DNA of 62,895 nt, filler included, from Bigelowiella natans CCMP2755 (lineage: Eukaryota > Protista > Cercozoa): assembly GCA_000320545.1 (NCBI GenBank). It is 7 parts of 7 records of this genome, joined end to end, with 100 filler letters (N's around TTAATTAATTAA, not from the genome) between each part and the next. Parts side by side here need not be neighbours in the genome. Positions count along the whole stretch, not along the records: positions 15,076 to 33,884 come from ADNK01000584.1; 6 more parts are not named here. One strand, given 5' to 3'. A model generated the notes under the pieces. That model saw only the letters and a list, made by a program, of their open reading frames with translations. It was not told the DNA's origin and did no database searches. Position numbers and translations under genes: made by a program. How positions within the stretch are numbered: the first letter of the stretch is position 1; every line of letters begins with the position of its first letter. Below are positions 16,917-30,061 of the stretch, piece after piece.

Positions 16917-17798
16917 CATTTGTTGCAAGCGATCGCATATGTGCAGTGTGTATGTACGATCGACAGCAAAACTATCCGAACATCATGTTACGACTAGCTG
17001 TATAGCTGTGTCAGAATTAAGCAAAGCATGGCCATGCGATGCACGGACAATAAAAATATATAGTGTTGCTGCTACGTTGTCGTCACTTCTGATGCACACT
17101 ACATGTGCATACGGCATGCATGACTAGATCTAGAGATGGGAAGCTAGCTGGCATGCTGTGCTTGCTACAATGCACCAACACAAATTTTGATGCACAAAAT
17201 AAACAAAGAACTAGCTGGCCACGCAGACCATGCTAGCATGCGTGCTGGCACCACAACAAAAATCAATTTTCACAACAATTCATGGCACAGGCACACAATT
17301 CTAAAATTGCATGAGACGTACGAATGCGCATGAATGATGAATTATGTGTCAGGTTTTTCCAATGTTGCATGGCATGTCATCCCAGCTAGCCGTAGCTAAT
17401 CTAGTAATGCAAAGCTGCATATAATGCATCGCATCGCATGCGGCTGCTCGCTCATCTAGTCATGTTGTGCCGGCACATTGTCTAGATTGTGCTAGCTACA
17501 TCTGTCTCTGCGTAGACATGCAACCATGCAATGGTCGTGCGCGAGTCTGTGTAGAATTGTCGCTCGATCGCTAGCTAGCTAGCTATGCGATGCATGGCTA
17601 GCAGCTCGTGACATGAAAGTGCAATCTGGCTAATTCGATGTCGTACGATACGTCGTGCGCGATGCATGAGCTACATGCAATAAGACTACGTAGATGAGCC
17701 TGCAGCTAGTTGCAATGATGCTGGATGGTTATGGTATACACGCAGGTAGATAGAAATCTGTCTCTGTGCGTGCCGTCATCTATATGTTATAACGTTAT

Positions 17799-17877
17799 CG
17801 CTGTAGCCGCTGCATTGCACAGCTACATCAGGATGACCATTGAAAAAATTTAATTCTTCATTACATCCGTCTCATAT
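17799..17877 (-). mobile_element. Mini-Helitron-like repeat copy 4
   Basis: Plus strand CGCTGTAGCCGCTGCATTGCACAGCTACATCAGGATGACCATTGAAAAAATTTAATTCTTCATTACATCCGTCTCATAT is nearly identical to 12958-13037. Confidence 0.75.
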
Positions 17878-18312
17878 GTTAGCCAGCGCAGAGCCTCAAC
17901 AAGTTGTTGCATGCGACCACAATGATAGCTTGGAAATCGCGGTTTTTGGACTTTACACTTTCTAGCTGTAGCTAGCTAACAGACGATGCGCGTATGAATC
18001 TTAGCTCGCCGTATGCATTTACGCATAGCTATATACGTAAGTATGTATATATCTACATATGTGACACATAGAAGCGCGAAGCTACACGGTGATGTATCAT
18101 ATTAGTATTAGTGCATAGTTGTTACATCGTCGTATTTTGTATTAACTTTAATTTTATATCAGAAGTGAGGCACCCGGCTGTTATGAGCTAACTGCCCATA
18201 TAGAATCTAGATGCAAGCAATATGCGAGGTTGGCCCCCCTTAGAATGAGCCTCTGGCGCACGTTCAATACAATACCTACTGGGCTATTACTTCTACTACA
18301 CTACGTTTCCGT

Positions 18313-19080
18313 TTAAGGGGCAGTGCATGTTTCGCTGGACTGCGAAAGAATAAGGGCGACGATGAGGCCGTAAAGACCCAGAGCCTCGGCGAAAATGAGA
18401 ATAAGAATCATACCAACGAAGAGCTTCTCTTGCTGAGCGTTAGCGCGAACACCAGCATCTCCTACAATTCCAATGGCCATTCCAGCAGCGAGACCAGAGA
18501 GGCCACATGCAAGACCCGAAGCAAGGTGAGCGTAACCGTTGTAGTCGGAGTAGGTGTCTCCGGATACTGCGAGGATTATCAAACCACGACGTACATATAT
18601 TGTTAGAATGCAGAATCAGATCATTAGTTGTTACTACTTTGGAAATAAATATGTCAGCTCACCTGCTTGGATAAGGATAACAGCAACGATAAGTCCATAG
18701 ATACCAAGGACACCCGCCATAACCACTGGAATAATGTTCTTCATGACTGCTTCATGGTGCATAACACCCATTGACATGATGCCTACTCCGGACTTAGCGG
18801 TACCGTAAGCGGCTCCCAGGTCTATTTGATATAGGAAACCAAATTGTGAATACTATTGAGATAACTAATTTTATTCAGGCGGCACTGGGGAAAATGCATG
18901 CACACAGATACATTTACTCCGTAGTGGTAAGAAACCCTAAAAGCCAACATTCATGCCAGAACTTCTTCAAACTACTTTTCACAAATTATTACTTGCAAAA
19001 ACAAGGGCAGATGCCACGCCCATGAATCCGAAGAATGGGGCGGAAGAGGTACATGTGAACGCAAGGAGGGGAGCGAGCAT
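18313..19080 (-). CDS. ATP6V0C: V-type H+-ATPase 16-kDa proteolipid subunit c (3 exons)
   Basis: [29 protein letters not shown]|[21 protein letters not shown]...[19 protein letters not shown]|...[50 protein letters not shown]. Confidence 0.97.
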
Positions 19081-19997
19081 GGTGCAGATAAGGGGGCAAA
19101 TGAACGAGGTATGATGTGAGCCAAAGCAGAGACAGAGTTTGATTCAGACCCTTTTTTCGCGCCCTCACCATCCATTTTATGGCCTACGTCTTAAATATTA
19201 TTGTGTCGTAGTACATAATTATCATATGTATCAAGATATGAGGCGGAATCTGTGATGGATTCTGGCCTGATACTTCCACATCATCTGCAACTGCCAAACC
19301 TGTGCCAGGTTTTCTTCTGTTCTGACAAGATTCTAGTATAATTTCATATAATTTATTCTACAATGATAAGTCTCTATATAATAATTCCCTTATACAAAGA
19401 TGCCGAAAAGATTAAATATGGAGCCCTAAGGTCTGCTTGATTCTCGCAGTGAGAGAGAGCGTGAGTGGAAATCATTCAGATCACATGAATGGAAAAATAC
19501 ATGCGATTTTTTTAACCTTCGAAACTTACGATCCCAAAATCTGACAAAATCTGCCTGCTGATTTTACAATTTTCAGCCCAAATACATTTCAGATAACTTC
19601 ATATAATAATTGAAATAGAGGTTAAAAGATCATATTATTGATCCATTTTAACTTTTATTGGTGGAATCACATTAAAATTGTTGCGATATTTTGGGATTTG
19701 ACCACATTACCGACTAGGTGAATTCTTCCTCCCTGATCGCCCCTCCATAAATCTGCGGCAAACAATGCCGAACTTTTTTTTAGCAGAGGGCTCAAGAATG
19801 TACCGAGATAAAAATCAGCATAAATTGTATCTGCGTCAACAACAATTTTATGATTTCGCAGAAAAGAGGACGTATAATGAAGTTGAGAATTACGGAGTTC
19901 TACAATTTGCATCAAACTGCTATTCTCGGCTCATTTTCAGCTAAAGAGTTGTCGCACCGTAAAAACGTAAGATTGCAAAGAGGCACTGGGTCGCGCA

Positions 19998-20853
19998 ATG
20001 GCGTCGTCCGGAGCGCCGGCAGCGATGCCCTCCCGAGCTCAGCAGGAGCGTGAGGATCGCCTTCGAGCGTACATCGGAAATCCTATCAAGGTCACTGTTT
20101 CGGACGGGCGTGTGATGATAGGCCGGTTTCAGTGCTGCGATGACCACGTGAACGTCATCATGACAGAGACGCACCAGGTTTTCGCGGACGGAAAAGGTAG
20201 TAGCAATGCATGCCTAGTTCTGTCTGTGAAGCCGCCTCGCTCAGGAAAAATCCATAAAATCGTATCATGATCGCTTGGGGGTAGGGAGAGGCGTGGTGTT
20301 GGCAGAATTTTATGTGCTACGGTTTCCGTCCCCGCCACCTGCTGACGCATCAGACATGTATGAAGAGATTTAGGAGGGGGGGAATAGCACATGAAGTAGA
20401 CCAGATTCTCAAAACGATTAGAATCTCATTGGCGAACTATTAGATCAGCAGAGCCGTTATATTGATCGTTGCCTTGACCTTGGTGGGCCACAAGCTGTGA
20501 CTGATATCTGACCTCATACTCTCCCCTCCCCCCCTTTTCCCACCATTCGTTCCGCTCCCCACTCAGAAAAGCCCCGGCATTTAGGACAAATTTTGATACC
20601 TGGCCAGCATATTTCAAAGATCCAGATTTTTTTAGGGAATGTTCCGGAGCCAGAGCCCAGCGAAGAAGCGAAAGCTCTGATGTTAATCGGAAAATCCATA
20701 CCAAAGAAGGAGGTGGTGTCGTCGTCAAATGATGCAGTGCCATCGAGTAGAGGGGCAGGAGGGGACCCTTCGCAGTCAAGTGCTGGACAAAAAGAGGGTA
20801 CAGCAAAAGCAAATGAAGAGAAGGAGACCAGCCAAAGAGATGCCACTAGATAG
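19998..20853 (+). CDS. Sm/LSm-fold protein, most like NAA38/LSMD1 (NatC auxiliary subunit)
   Basis: Sm1 LRAYIGNPIKVTVSDGRVMIGRFQCCDDHVNVIM and Sm2 RHLGQILIPGQHISKI across one intron. There is no RG tail and no SmB-type RGE motif. Confidence 0.75.
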
Positions 20854-21227
20854 GAAAAAGAGAACATCATAATTCAGTCTCTACACGCTAGTACACAAGA
20901 AAAATGAAGGAACAACTTTCAAATCAACCCAATAAATCGAGCGGGGCTTACAGCATCACAATATCAATGATAAGCTTCTTTGCACACGTCGGTGTACACG
21001 AACGACGACCACTCCCCCCCTTCCGTTTCATCACATCGCTCTCTCTAGCCCTTATGAATCTCGTCAGCAACCTGGCACGGATCATTTATCAACGTACATG
21101 CATACATACATGCATGGACGACAAAATGCTAGCACACATGCAATGCTCGTTCGCAAGCTACGTACATATCTAGAAATATGTGTGTCACAACGCACGCCGC
21201 AAGAGTTGCTATGTGTGTCTAGGTGTG

Positions 21228-21268
<41 letters not shown>

Positions 21269-21330
21269 GTTTAGATGCTACGCATAGCCATGCGCGGTGT
21301 GTTATATAGTGTAGATCGATATGATGCACA

Positions 21331-21478
21331 TATATATGAGACGGATGTAATGAAGTAATTTAAATATTTTCAGTGGTCATCCTAATGTAGCAGCTATATG
21401 CACATGTACGTACACATGCGCGAAAAGGATGTAATCGATATCTGCTTTCAATTGTCATCCTAACGTAACACAGCTAGA
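21331..21478 (+). mobile_element. Mini-Helitron-like repeat copies 5 (21331-21397) and 6 (partial, 21427-21478)
   Basis: TATATATGAGACGGATGTAATGAAG...GGTCATCCTAATGTAGC, followed by a second copy GGATGTAAT...GTCATCCTAACGTA...CAGCTAG. Confidence 0.7.
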
Positions 21479-21899
21479 TGCACCGTACACAGTACACAGT
21501 ACGTGTACTAAAGTACATGCATATGAATACACAAGCATGTGTATATTCACGCGGACGACAAGCAAGTAGTCAGCAAGTAGTGCTTGTCACACACGTACAT
21601 TATAACATGCTGTACGTGCACACACGATGCGCTCACGCCATGCATTGTGTATAGAGGCTCACGTCATTGCATCACAATTAGACAATTAAGCAACGAGTGA
21701 TGCGCTCTGCCATTGCCGCCAGTGCATGATCTTTCATGAACAAGTGTAGCGCCGTATTACGCACCACACATTTTTTTACTGGTATGAAAGTTCATCAGCC
21801 AACAATCAAATTCGCATGAAGTGTGTGGCTACGCACACGCCCGTATGCAGTGCGTTCTCGTCAGTCTAGCTATCATTAATGTCCGGGTCTCTTGGAAGT

Positions 21900-22177
21900 T
21901 TATTTAGGTGTTTCTGGAAGTCCCTTTGCTTTTCTTGAGGCCTTTATGTTCTCTAGCATCGCCGTAGAAGTCTGAGAAAAACGAGTTTTGTGAAGATGAT
22001 GACCCATAACCTAACCCAAACCCTAATGATATTTCCCATGCTCAAAATGACCGAGAAGACGCGTTTGAATTTCACGTATGGCGATGCTGTAACATCGATG
22101 CGGATGGCCCGTATATTACCGTTAACACTTGCTCCCAATGGGCCTTAATCTCACTTTGCTTTCCCTGGACCAAGGAG

Positions 22178-22230
<53 letters not shown>

Positions 22231-22669
22231 TAAGGGGGAGAGAGAGATATTTGTGTGTAAAATTATTTGCTAAAGGCGACGCAGGCAAGCATATATTTGT
22301 GTGGTAAACGAATAGTGCAAATTTCTTCTGGTGCTGCGAGATCGAGGTACTAGATGTATGGCAGCCGTACATTAAGGCAATGCCTGTTAGACTCCGCTGC
22401 TGAGAAATCAACTAGAAACGACAACAACAACAACAACAACAACAATAAATCCACGCAATACATCTCTGACGGCATCATATCAATGCACGACGATGACGTC
22501 GTGATAGGGTTGGTGACGATGAAAGGAAGCGATGAGCTCTGTCACGGGGTTCGGTAGATTTGCTAGGTTTACATGTGTCAATATCTCTATCTGTTTCGCC
22601 GTGCAGCCCCTTACTTTGGCTAGAAGTAACAAGACTTGTTAGCAACCGAGTCATCGCTTCGATCTGTCG

Positions 22670-22743
<74 letters not shown>

Positions 22744-23001
22744 GTGTGTGTTTGTGTGTGTTCCCGCTGCATTGGTGGTAGTGCTGCTGCTACTGCTGCA
22801 GCTGCTGCTGCTTTTTCCTCACCTGACCAGGTCCACAGGGCGAGTGTTTGACCGCCACCTGCCATTCCATAACAATCCGAAAGCACATGATAATACAGCT
22901 TGTTGTTGCTGTTGTTGTTGTTATTGTTAAGAAAAAAAGGCCGAGGCGGAAGGACAAACACGACGCTTCTTCGTGTTGTGTTGTTGCCTGATGCCGAACA
23001 G

Positions 23002-23047
<46 letters not shown>

Positions 23048-23427
23048 TGCTGCTGCTGCTGCTGCTGCTGCTAAGATTGATAGCTTTTACCATGGTGTCA
23101 TCTTCTTTCAGCTGTCGCTGTACCACCTGCGCCCATAAACCACACGGTTGTTATTGCAGAGATGAGAGTAATAAAGATCGGGGAAACGATGACTACTATT
23201 TGCTGTAAGCAGCAGCTAGTAGTGCTACTGGTGCTCAGCATCGTCGTGGTTGTTAGCATTTGGCAGTGTGGGTCATCACTCCACACCTTCTTCTTCAATG
23301 TTCACCCTCCTCCTTCCCCCAATCGTGGATGATGATGTTCCCCTCTACCTTTCTCACACGCGCCTTCGTCTTTGCCAGGAGCTTGTCGCTCTCCCTCTTG
23401 ACGCGCTCCTGCAATATACATGCATCA

Positions 23428-23463
<36 letters not shown>

Positions 23464-23755
23464 ACTAAATATTGTGTGTGTATTCACATTTGAGGCGTGC
23501 ATAGGACGCTAGAGTCCACTAGATCTTATGCAGCATCAGACCAAATGTTGTTGGAACACAAAGAATGATGCCGCCACTATATATGTACACGAATGTGCTT
23601 GCTTCCAGTCTGCGTAGCAATGCTCCTTCTTCTTCTTCTTCTTCTTCTTCTTCTTCTTCACACCTCACTATAAGGCTTTGTGGCATGCTCTTTGATGAAT
23701 TTATAGAACTCTGGAACCGTAGCACGTTCCTACATGCACGCCCAAAAAGTAAGCA

Positions 23756-23794
<39 letters not shown>

Positions 23795-24560
23795 CATCCA
23801 CAATGTACACAGAGCATTTTCTTTCTCTCTCTCTCACTTTCTCTTTCTCTCCCCCACTCTCTCACTCTCTCTCTCTCTCTATCTATATATCTATCTCTTG
23901 CATGAAAGCGATGTCACAATTTCTTCGATACTGTCGTTTCACCTCCAGATCCACAGGCTCCTTTCCAGCGGGGAAGAAGCTACAGAGGAAGGGGGGGTGC
24001 CAAACAAGTGTATATGAATAGCACGCTCAACCACGTCCTTCATACAATCACAATCAATTCCAGTATACACTATTCAACCGGATGAGAGGGAGGAGCTTCA
24101 AGTCATTGGCCGGGACGAACTCCTCGTCGTGGTTCGCATCCACATTCTAAGTAGTAATGATGCGAGGGGGGGGGGGGAGGAGTGTTGTCATTCATTCAGA
24201 GAAGCAAGCTCGGGGAGGGCGACGACGTCGGCATTTGCTAAGAAGATAGGCGCTGTTTTGTGCTTGGTCTATCAACTACATAAACAAACAGAGGCTGCCT
24301 CGTTGAGAACAACACACGATGGATGTGCACACAGGTGGTTGGGAAAAGAGTGACCATTTGGCCAATAACAATGCCGCCCTCGGACTTGAAGCTCGCGGCA
24401 ACATGCCGAATTACTGGTGACAGCCTAGCGAATGCGCGGCAGAGTAAGAATCACATTCGATGGAAAATTATACGTAACGAGCCAAACAACCTTTACCCTG
24501 CTCTGCTGCTGCTATTTTTGACGAAATAGTTCCTCCTCTCACTGATAATGACTGTTTTTA

Positions 24561-24600
<40 letters not shown>

Positions 24601-24888
24601 CTACTACTATTGGCACTGCTGCTACTATCATAACCACTATCCCAGTACAACCTTTCGCACGAAGGGCAGTCTGGAGAGTAAAATTCGACGAGCACATCCG
24701 AGCCGGAGCTCATAATCTACCAACACAAATGTCGTTTCAAGCCAGATCTTTTTCAAGATTTTGCGGCATCGATCACAGTATTATCTGCCGCTCCTACCTC
24801 CTTCCTGTTGTCGGCAACAAACCGAACCAGCCCGGGTCGTCCTGGCCATGCATACTTATCTTCTGAGATGTATCTGCAGACGTATGCC

Positions 24889-24922
<34 letters not shown>

Positions 24923-25453
24923 GTGGGAGAAGGAGAGGGTGGGGGGAGAAATGCATATCATATCACATGACAACACCAGAGGAAAACAATGAACCCCACG
25001 ATAAAACTTTTCCTCTTCCTCTCTGTGTGCCCTAGATTCTGATGCGGTGTGTGTTCTCTGTGCATCGCCCCCCAACCCCCCCCCCCTGCCCCCGATGAGC
25101 CTCATTCTGTTCCGATCTAGAATTTAAAAATACGCGAAAACGCCAAGATACTTTGTGATGTCGTCCTTTACATCCGCCTCAGTGCCTTTCCCCTCGGCGT
25201 ACGCAGCGGTAACTGGGAGAACCCTCTGCAAAGGAATCAAATACTGCTTCCACGATGACTCTGCAGCTGCATTCCTTCGCCACGGTGTCATTGAGGGCCC
25301 ATATATGGCTGCCGCTGAAGCCCCGAAAGTTACACCGAAAGCACCTGAGGCCACGGCCTTCGCCAGCCGCTTAGGGGTGAGCATCCGGTGCATTTGTGGG
25401 AGTTGTGCGTCTGGTCGCCGGTGGCCGCTCAGCTGTGTGACCCGCGACATCAC
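21900..25453 (-). CDS. Thioredoxin/PDI-fold protein (CPSC motif) with an Arg/Ala-rich N-terminal extension
   Basis: Exons give DVLVEFYSPDCPSCER|LSPVIRHVAASFKSEGGIVIGQM|NVDANHDEEF...LPLIR|FFPAGKEPV, following the PDI-like VEFYAPWC..C and D..AN pattern. The 3' exon structure is approximate. Confidence 0.7.
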
Positions 25454-25776
25454 TCGGGATATTTTCCTTGGTAAAACCGCCTGCGTTTAGTGATAAAGGG
25501 TGATTTTTTTTCTTTTTGCCGTAATTATTCGTGTCGCAGCTGTAATTTCTTCTCGAGGAAGGGCAGGGGATATTCCTCTTCAAAACCCAACTCGCGCTCT
25601 CCAACCTGCTCCTTCCGGCAACTGCTTACTGCGCCGACAATAACTTTCTGGCGCGTGCCTGTTCTCGTGCTGCGTTTTTCTTTTGGGATTTCGAGAGGGT
25701 TCCAGCCTCAGAAAGTGCAAAATCCAAGAGAACAGGCACGAACGCCCACGAAAACGCAAAGGAAGGCAACATAAGT

Positions 25777-28700
25777 ATGGCACTCAACATGTTCCGCCGG
25801 TTCCCCATCCGCAGGCTGTCCACCTCTACGCCTCTCTCTGGTGGATCTATCTCGTCGAACAGAACCCGTAAAAGTAGCCCTCAGCACTCGAGAGAGCTTA
25901 TCCTCAATATGAAGGAGCTGACGGGTTTTACGAGGAAATTGATTGACGAGAACTCAGTCCCGACCAGGTTCATTCACGTCGGTACGCGAGTTGTCCGGAT
26001 CGCCGATGTCGACACTACAGTCGCAAAATCAATGGATAAAACTATGTTCAAAGATGTCGGAGGTCGAGTAGTTCGCCTCCATAACGGCAAAGCATTCTGA
26101 GCAGCCGCCTAGCTTCGAATGCGTGGGTGGTGCGTGTACATCTCACTGCCGTACGACTAAAATGGAATGACGGCCGAAGCTCACAGGATTCTACACAATG
26201 ACAGTACATAAGACCGATCTAGTTGCTCCAAACGAAATGTTCAGTTTTACTCTGGAGTTTATACTACTAGGCTGATTAGCATCACTCTCGATGAGTTGGA
26301 GAGTTCTCCCAGGAATGCGTCGGGTTTTTGGTAAGTTTGCTAATGTCATCGCCATATAGTATCGTTCTCTATATTCATAGCTTTTTGCAGCTAGTTTTAA
26401 GCATCTGATGCTGTGTCAGACAACATAAGATACATGAAAAACGGCTTTTGCGTCATCATTTTGTGGTCATTGGCATGCAGATATTTAGCCCATTTTTAAC
26501 GCTCTGTTAAGCGTACAGTCCATTCACATGTAGCAATATGGGCACTCTCATTCATGCACTATCAGATGAAATTAGCTGCGATAACCATAAATCAGGCAGA
26601 TATTTTGTGCAGTATAATGTCGAGCTTGCCAATGATGTTGCAAGTGTATGCAGTTGTGAAACCAAGCTTTCTCGGGCATCCATTTCATTTCATGACGCCC
26701 TGTGAAGAGTTTGTAGCTCGTAGATGTGGACGTCCCATTAACAATGAGTACACATGAAGGTGTCATATTGAAAACACTGAAAACAAGGCAGCCATCAAAC
26801 AACTCGAATCTTGCAGATCTAGAGATGAATGGTGCTCATCACATCATCAGCATTCAGCATGCTGCTGATGCTCTTCGCATGTTGTGAAACAAGGAATTTG
26901 ATAGGTCGTGTCCTACGACTGCTAGATCATTTGTATCAGCAGTAGACTACCCGACATCCTTCTTGCGATTGACGAGCCATCCGATACATCGTTAATCCGA
27001 ACTTGTAGATATTATCAATAGTGGCACGTGAGGGTCACTCGATCCCTTTTCATCCTTCAGGCCGAAAAAACGAAAGGAACCTGACCATGATGTTAATTAG
27101 AGACAAGCATTTAAGATAACCGAAGTCGGTTATAACTATAGGAGCATCCATTCGAATTGGAAGGGGATGCATTCAGAGCTATTTTGACAGTGAACGATTA
27201 TGTTTGGTTGGTCGGGTTGAACTCTCAGGACTTCAAGGAGACAGGGGAGAGATTACCACATATCGATGCTATTGACAAGAAATAATATGTGAACGATCCG
27301 CTCACAATTGCTAGCAACTCTGACCCTTGGACTAATGACTACATGACAACACCATTTGCTATTGTAGCTACTTGGAAATCTATCTTAGCGTTTGAGTTTC
27401 TCCTGTCTAGTACATGTTGTAGTATATGCTAATTGTTGACCCACCCACATCATGTAATCGCCCAATGTATCGGAATCAGGTCTCAAAGCAGGATACATGA
27501 GGGCTATGGTGTCATATTTGTGTCAGATCGCAGACTGATTGTTCACATCGATGACGGTTGCATCTTCGTCCTCAGACTGCGCATCTCCCCCCGGTTCAGA
27601 TAGCTGAGCCATCTACAAGCCCGTCCCATCATCATTATCATTCGTCCTTAGAGAGGTTCGGGCGTGCGAGCACACGTGCTGGGAGAATCTCGACTCCATA
27701 CGAGCAGCAGTGACGACGACCAACTATGTGGCCGTTCAAAAATTAAGATATTTTTGAATGCAGGTCTAAACACACGCGAATTTTATGCTGCGACAAGCTT
27801 TAACCTGTCACTTATCTTAAACTTAGATCTAAGTCTGATTTTCCTGATCAAAGTGAACTCGGCGGTTCTCACCCTTGTTCGTGTTACCTGCATCAGAATA
27901 TGGCCAGGAAGCATCCTGAATATTTCCTATATTTTGTGTCCATATCTGACAGATGCGAAGCGCTTCACTTGGTTGTTTGCTTCGTCGCAGTTTAAGTTCA
28001 TTAGATATATTTGGGTATAAATCTTGCCTAAGCCTAGCCTTCACGAGAAACGGAACAGTAAGGGTTTTGAGGAGATCACTGGCAGGCAGAGGGGGAAGGG
28101 AGTGCGCAGGAGCCAAAGGCGTGCGCGTGTGTGCGTGTGTGCGCGAGCTTCTGTTCATGACGGATGAGCGTGCGCTCGTCCTGATTCTCTTCGCTTCAGC
28201 CCGGCTTTTGTGCTCGTCACTCCCTATCGCCTCCAGCAGTTCTGGTCCTACCCACGCTACACAGATTCCCAGTCTCACAACCTTTTGGGGTGCATACCTA
28301 ATATACACATTTTCTCAGCTGAGCTTCATGGCCTTTCCAAAGAGTTTTTTCACTTTCCAAGGAAGGAGGAGAGCAAACGCTGGGCACCACCAATCCTCTC
28401 GCTCACAACTCTCAGAGGCGGCCGCGGATTGTACGTGCACCTTCCCATTTCATAGAAGCAGGGCATTAATGGGCCACGCACGCTTGCTTGAATTTATCCG
28501 TCTGGTGTGGTCACGTATCATTGGTTGATTTTCAGAATGGAACGACGGAAGCCTTACCTGGGAAAACGGGGAATGGCCAAAAAGGTCGTTGGGGGGAGGG
28601 GGAATAGGTTTCGCGATTGAACAAGAGAACACCATCATTGGGGGCTACTAAAGACACAACAGCCTTGTAAGTTGTATTTATGTTTGTCTATGTTACACCT

Positions 28701-29326
28701 CCGCGAATTGACAGCGGCGTTTGAAGCTAGACCAAGAGGATGACGAGGAGGTGCGAGAGAAGGGTCGGATGCTTCCTAGCAACATCATGAAGAAGAAAAG
28801 GTGAGAAAGAGAACACCGTTTCGAGTGATATCCCTTGATGGAAGAAGGAAGAAAGGGCTAGATCAAAGATTATATTGCAGAGCTGTGTGCCTAATCAGCG
28901 TCACACTCTCCCCCCCTCACCATCTCTCTTCTTCTTCTGCGTGCCTTCCCCACATGCTTCCCTGCCCAATCACAAACTAGAGCTATGCTACGGGATGGGC
29001 CGAAGGAGGCGTCTCGGTATAACAACGAAAACAAAATAATGATGTTATGATGATGAAGAAGAAGATGATGATGGCTCTAGATTTTGGTAAAAAATTGAAG
29101 CACAAAATGACTTGAAACAACTCTTATTTATTGTTGTCACACTCCAGCAATCCTATGCCGAGCTTCTTGATGTCACGCAAACGGAGCAAGCAACGCGGCG
29201 TAAAATCGAAGGTGAATTTCCGTATGGAATAGGGGCGGGGGAATGGGAGTGGATGAAATGGATGTTTTGCAATAACCATTTCTCCACACCACATGTAGGG
29301 AAAGATCCGATTGAAGAGGTATCGTA
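25777..29326 (+). CDS. Multi-exon hypothetical protein with a mitochondrial-type presequence (may be two genes)
   Basis: N-terminus MALNMFRRFPIRRLSTS, then a regular series of short GT-AG introns and small open exons ending GKDPIEEVS*. No family recognised. Confidence 0.45.
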
Positions 29327-29635
29327 AACGGCACAAGAAGAAAAAGCCCAAGCAAGTATCAAACCACGTGATGTAGCAACACTGGTATCAAGATAGCGGC
29401 AATTTGAATAAGCTCCATTTTATGAGGCTGCCTCATTCGCGATGCGCTATTCACACAACATGCAACGTCGTGTTGTCTACCTGTACTGCTGTGGTAGAAG
29501 AAGAATTCTGAGCGCTGCTGCTACACTACGGCGGTTAGCCTTTCTCTTCCTTCTCTAGTGGCTGCAATGATGTAAACCATAATTACTACAAGTGATCATC
29601 GCCGCGGAGAGGTTGCGTATGATCGCGACAGCAAT

Positions 29636-29766
29636 GCGCTGTATCGTAGCTGCTGGACCAAAAGAGGCTATGTAGCTGCCCAACACTTCTACATGTTTGT
29701 GAACTACATGTGCACATATTTTTGGAAAAATGCAATTGTTCATTTCTTTACATCCATCTCATATAA
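29636..29766 (-). mobile_element. Mini-Helitron-like repeat copy 7 (highly degenerate)
   Basis: Both ends are recognisable on the plus strand: GCGCTGTA..GTAGCTGCTG and TTACATCCATCTCATATA. Confidence 0.45.
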
Positions 29767-29803
<37 letters not shown>

Positions 29804-30061
29804 TCATGTGCAGCTACATGTGCAACACATGGTTATATGTTTGAGCTAGGCAACGGGTCACACGCAGCAGTAAACAACAGCTGCTGCGTATCATGACTCA
29901 GGCATCTTGTAAGAAAAAATACGGCTTGATGTTGCGCAGTAATTTTGATAAGTTAAATAAGCTGAAAAGGTACATCATATAAAGCTAATATTCCTATATA
30001 TAAGTGCATTTCTCATTAGTAGCTCCCGTAATTGATACATCACATCGTGGCGGCCCCTTGG

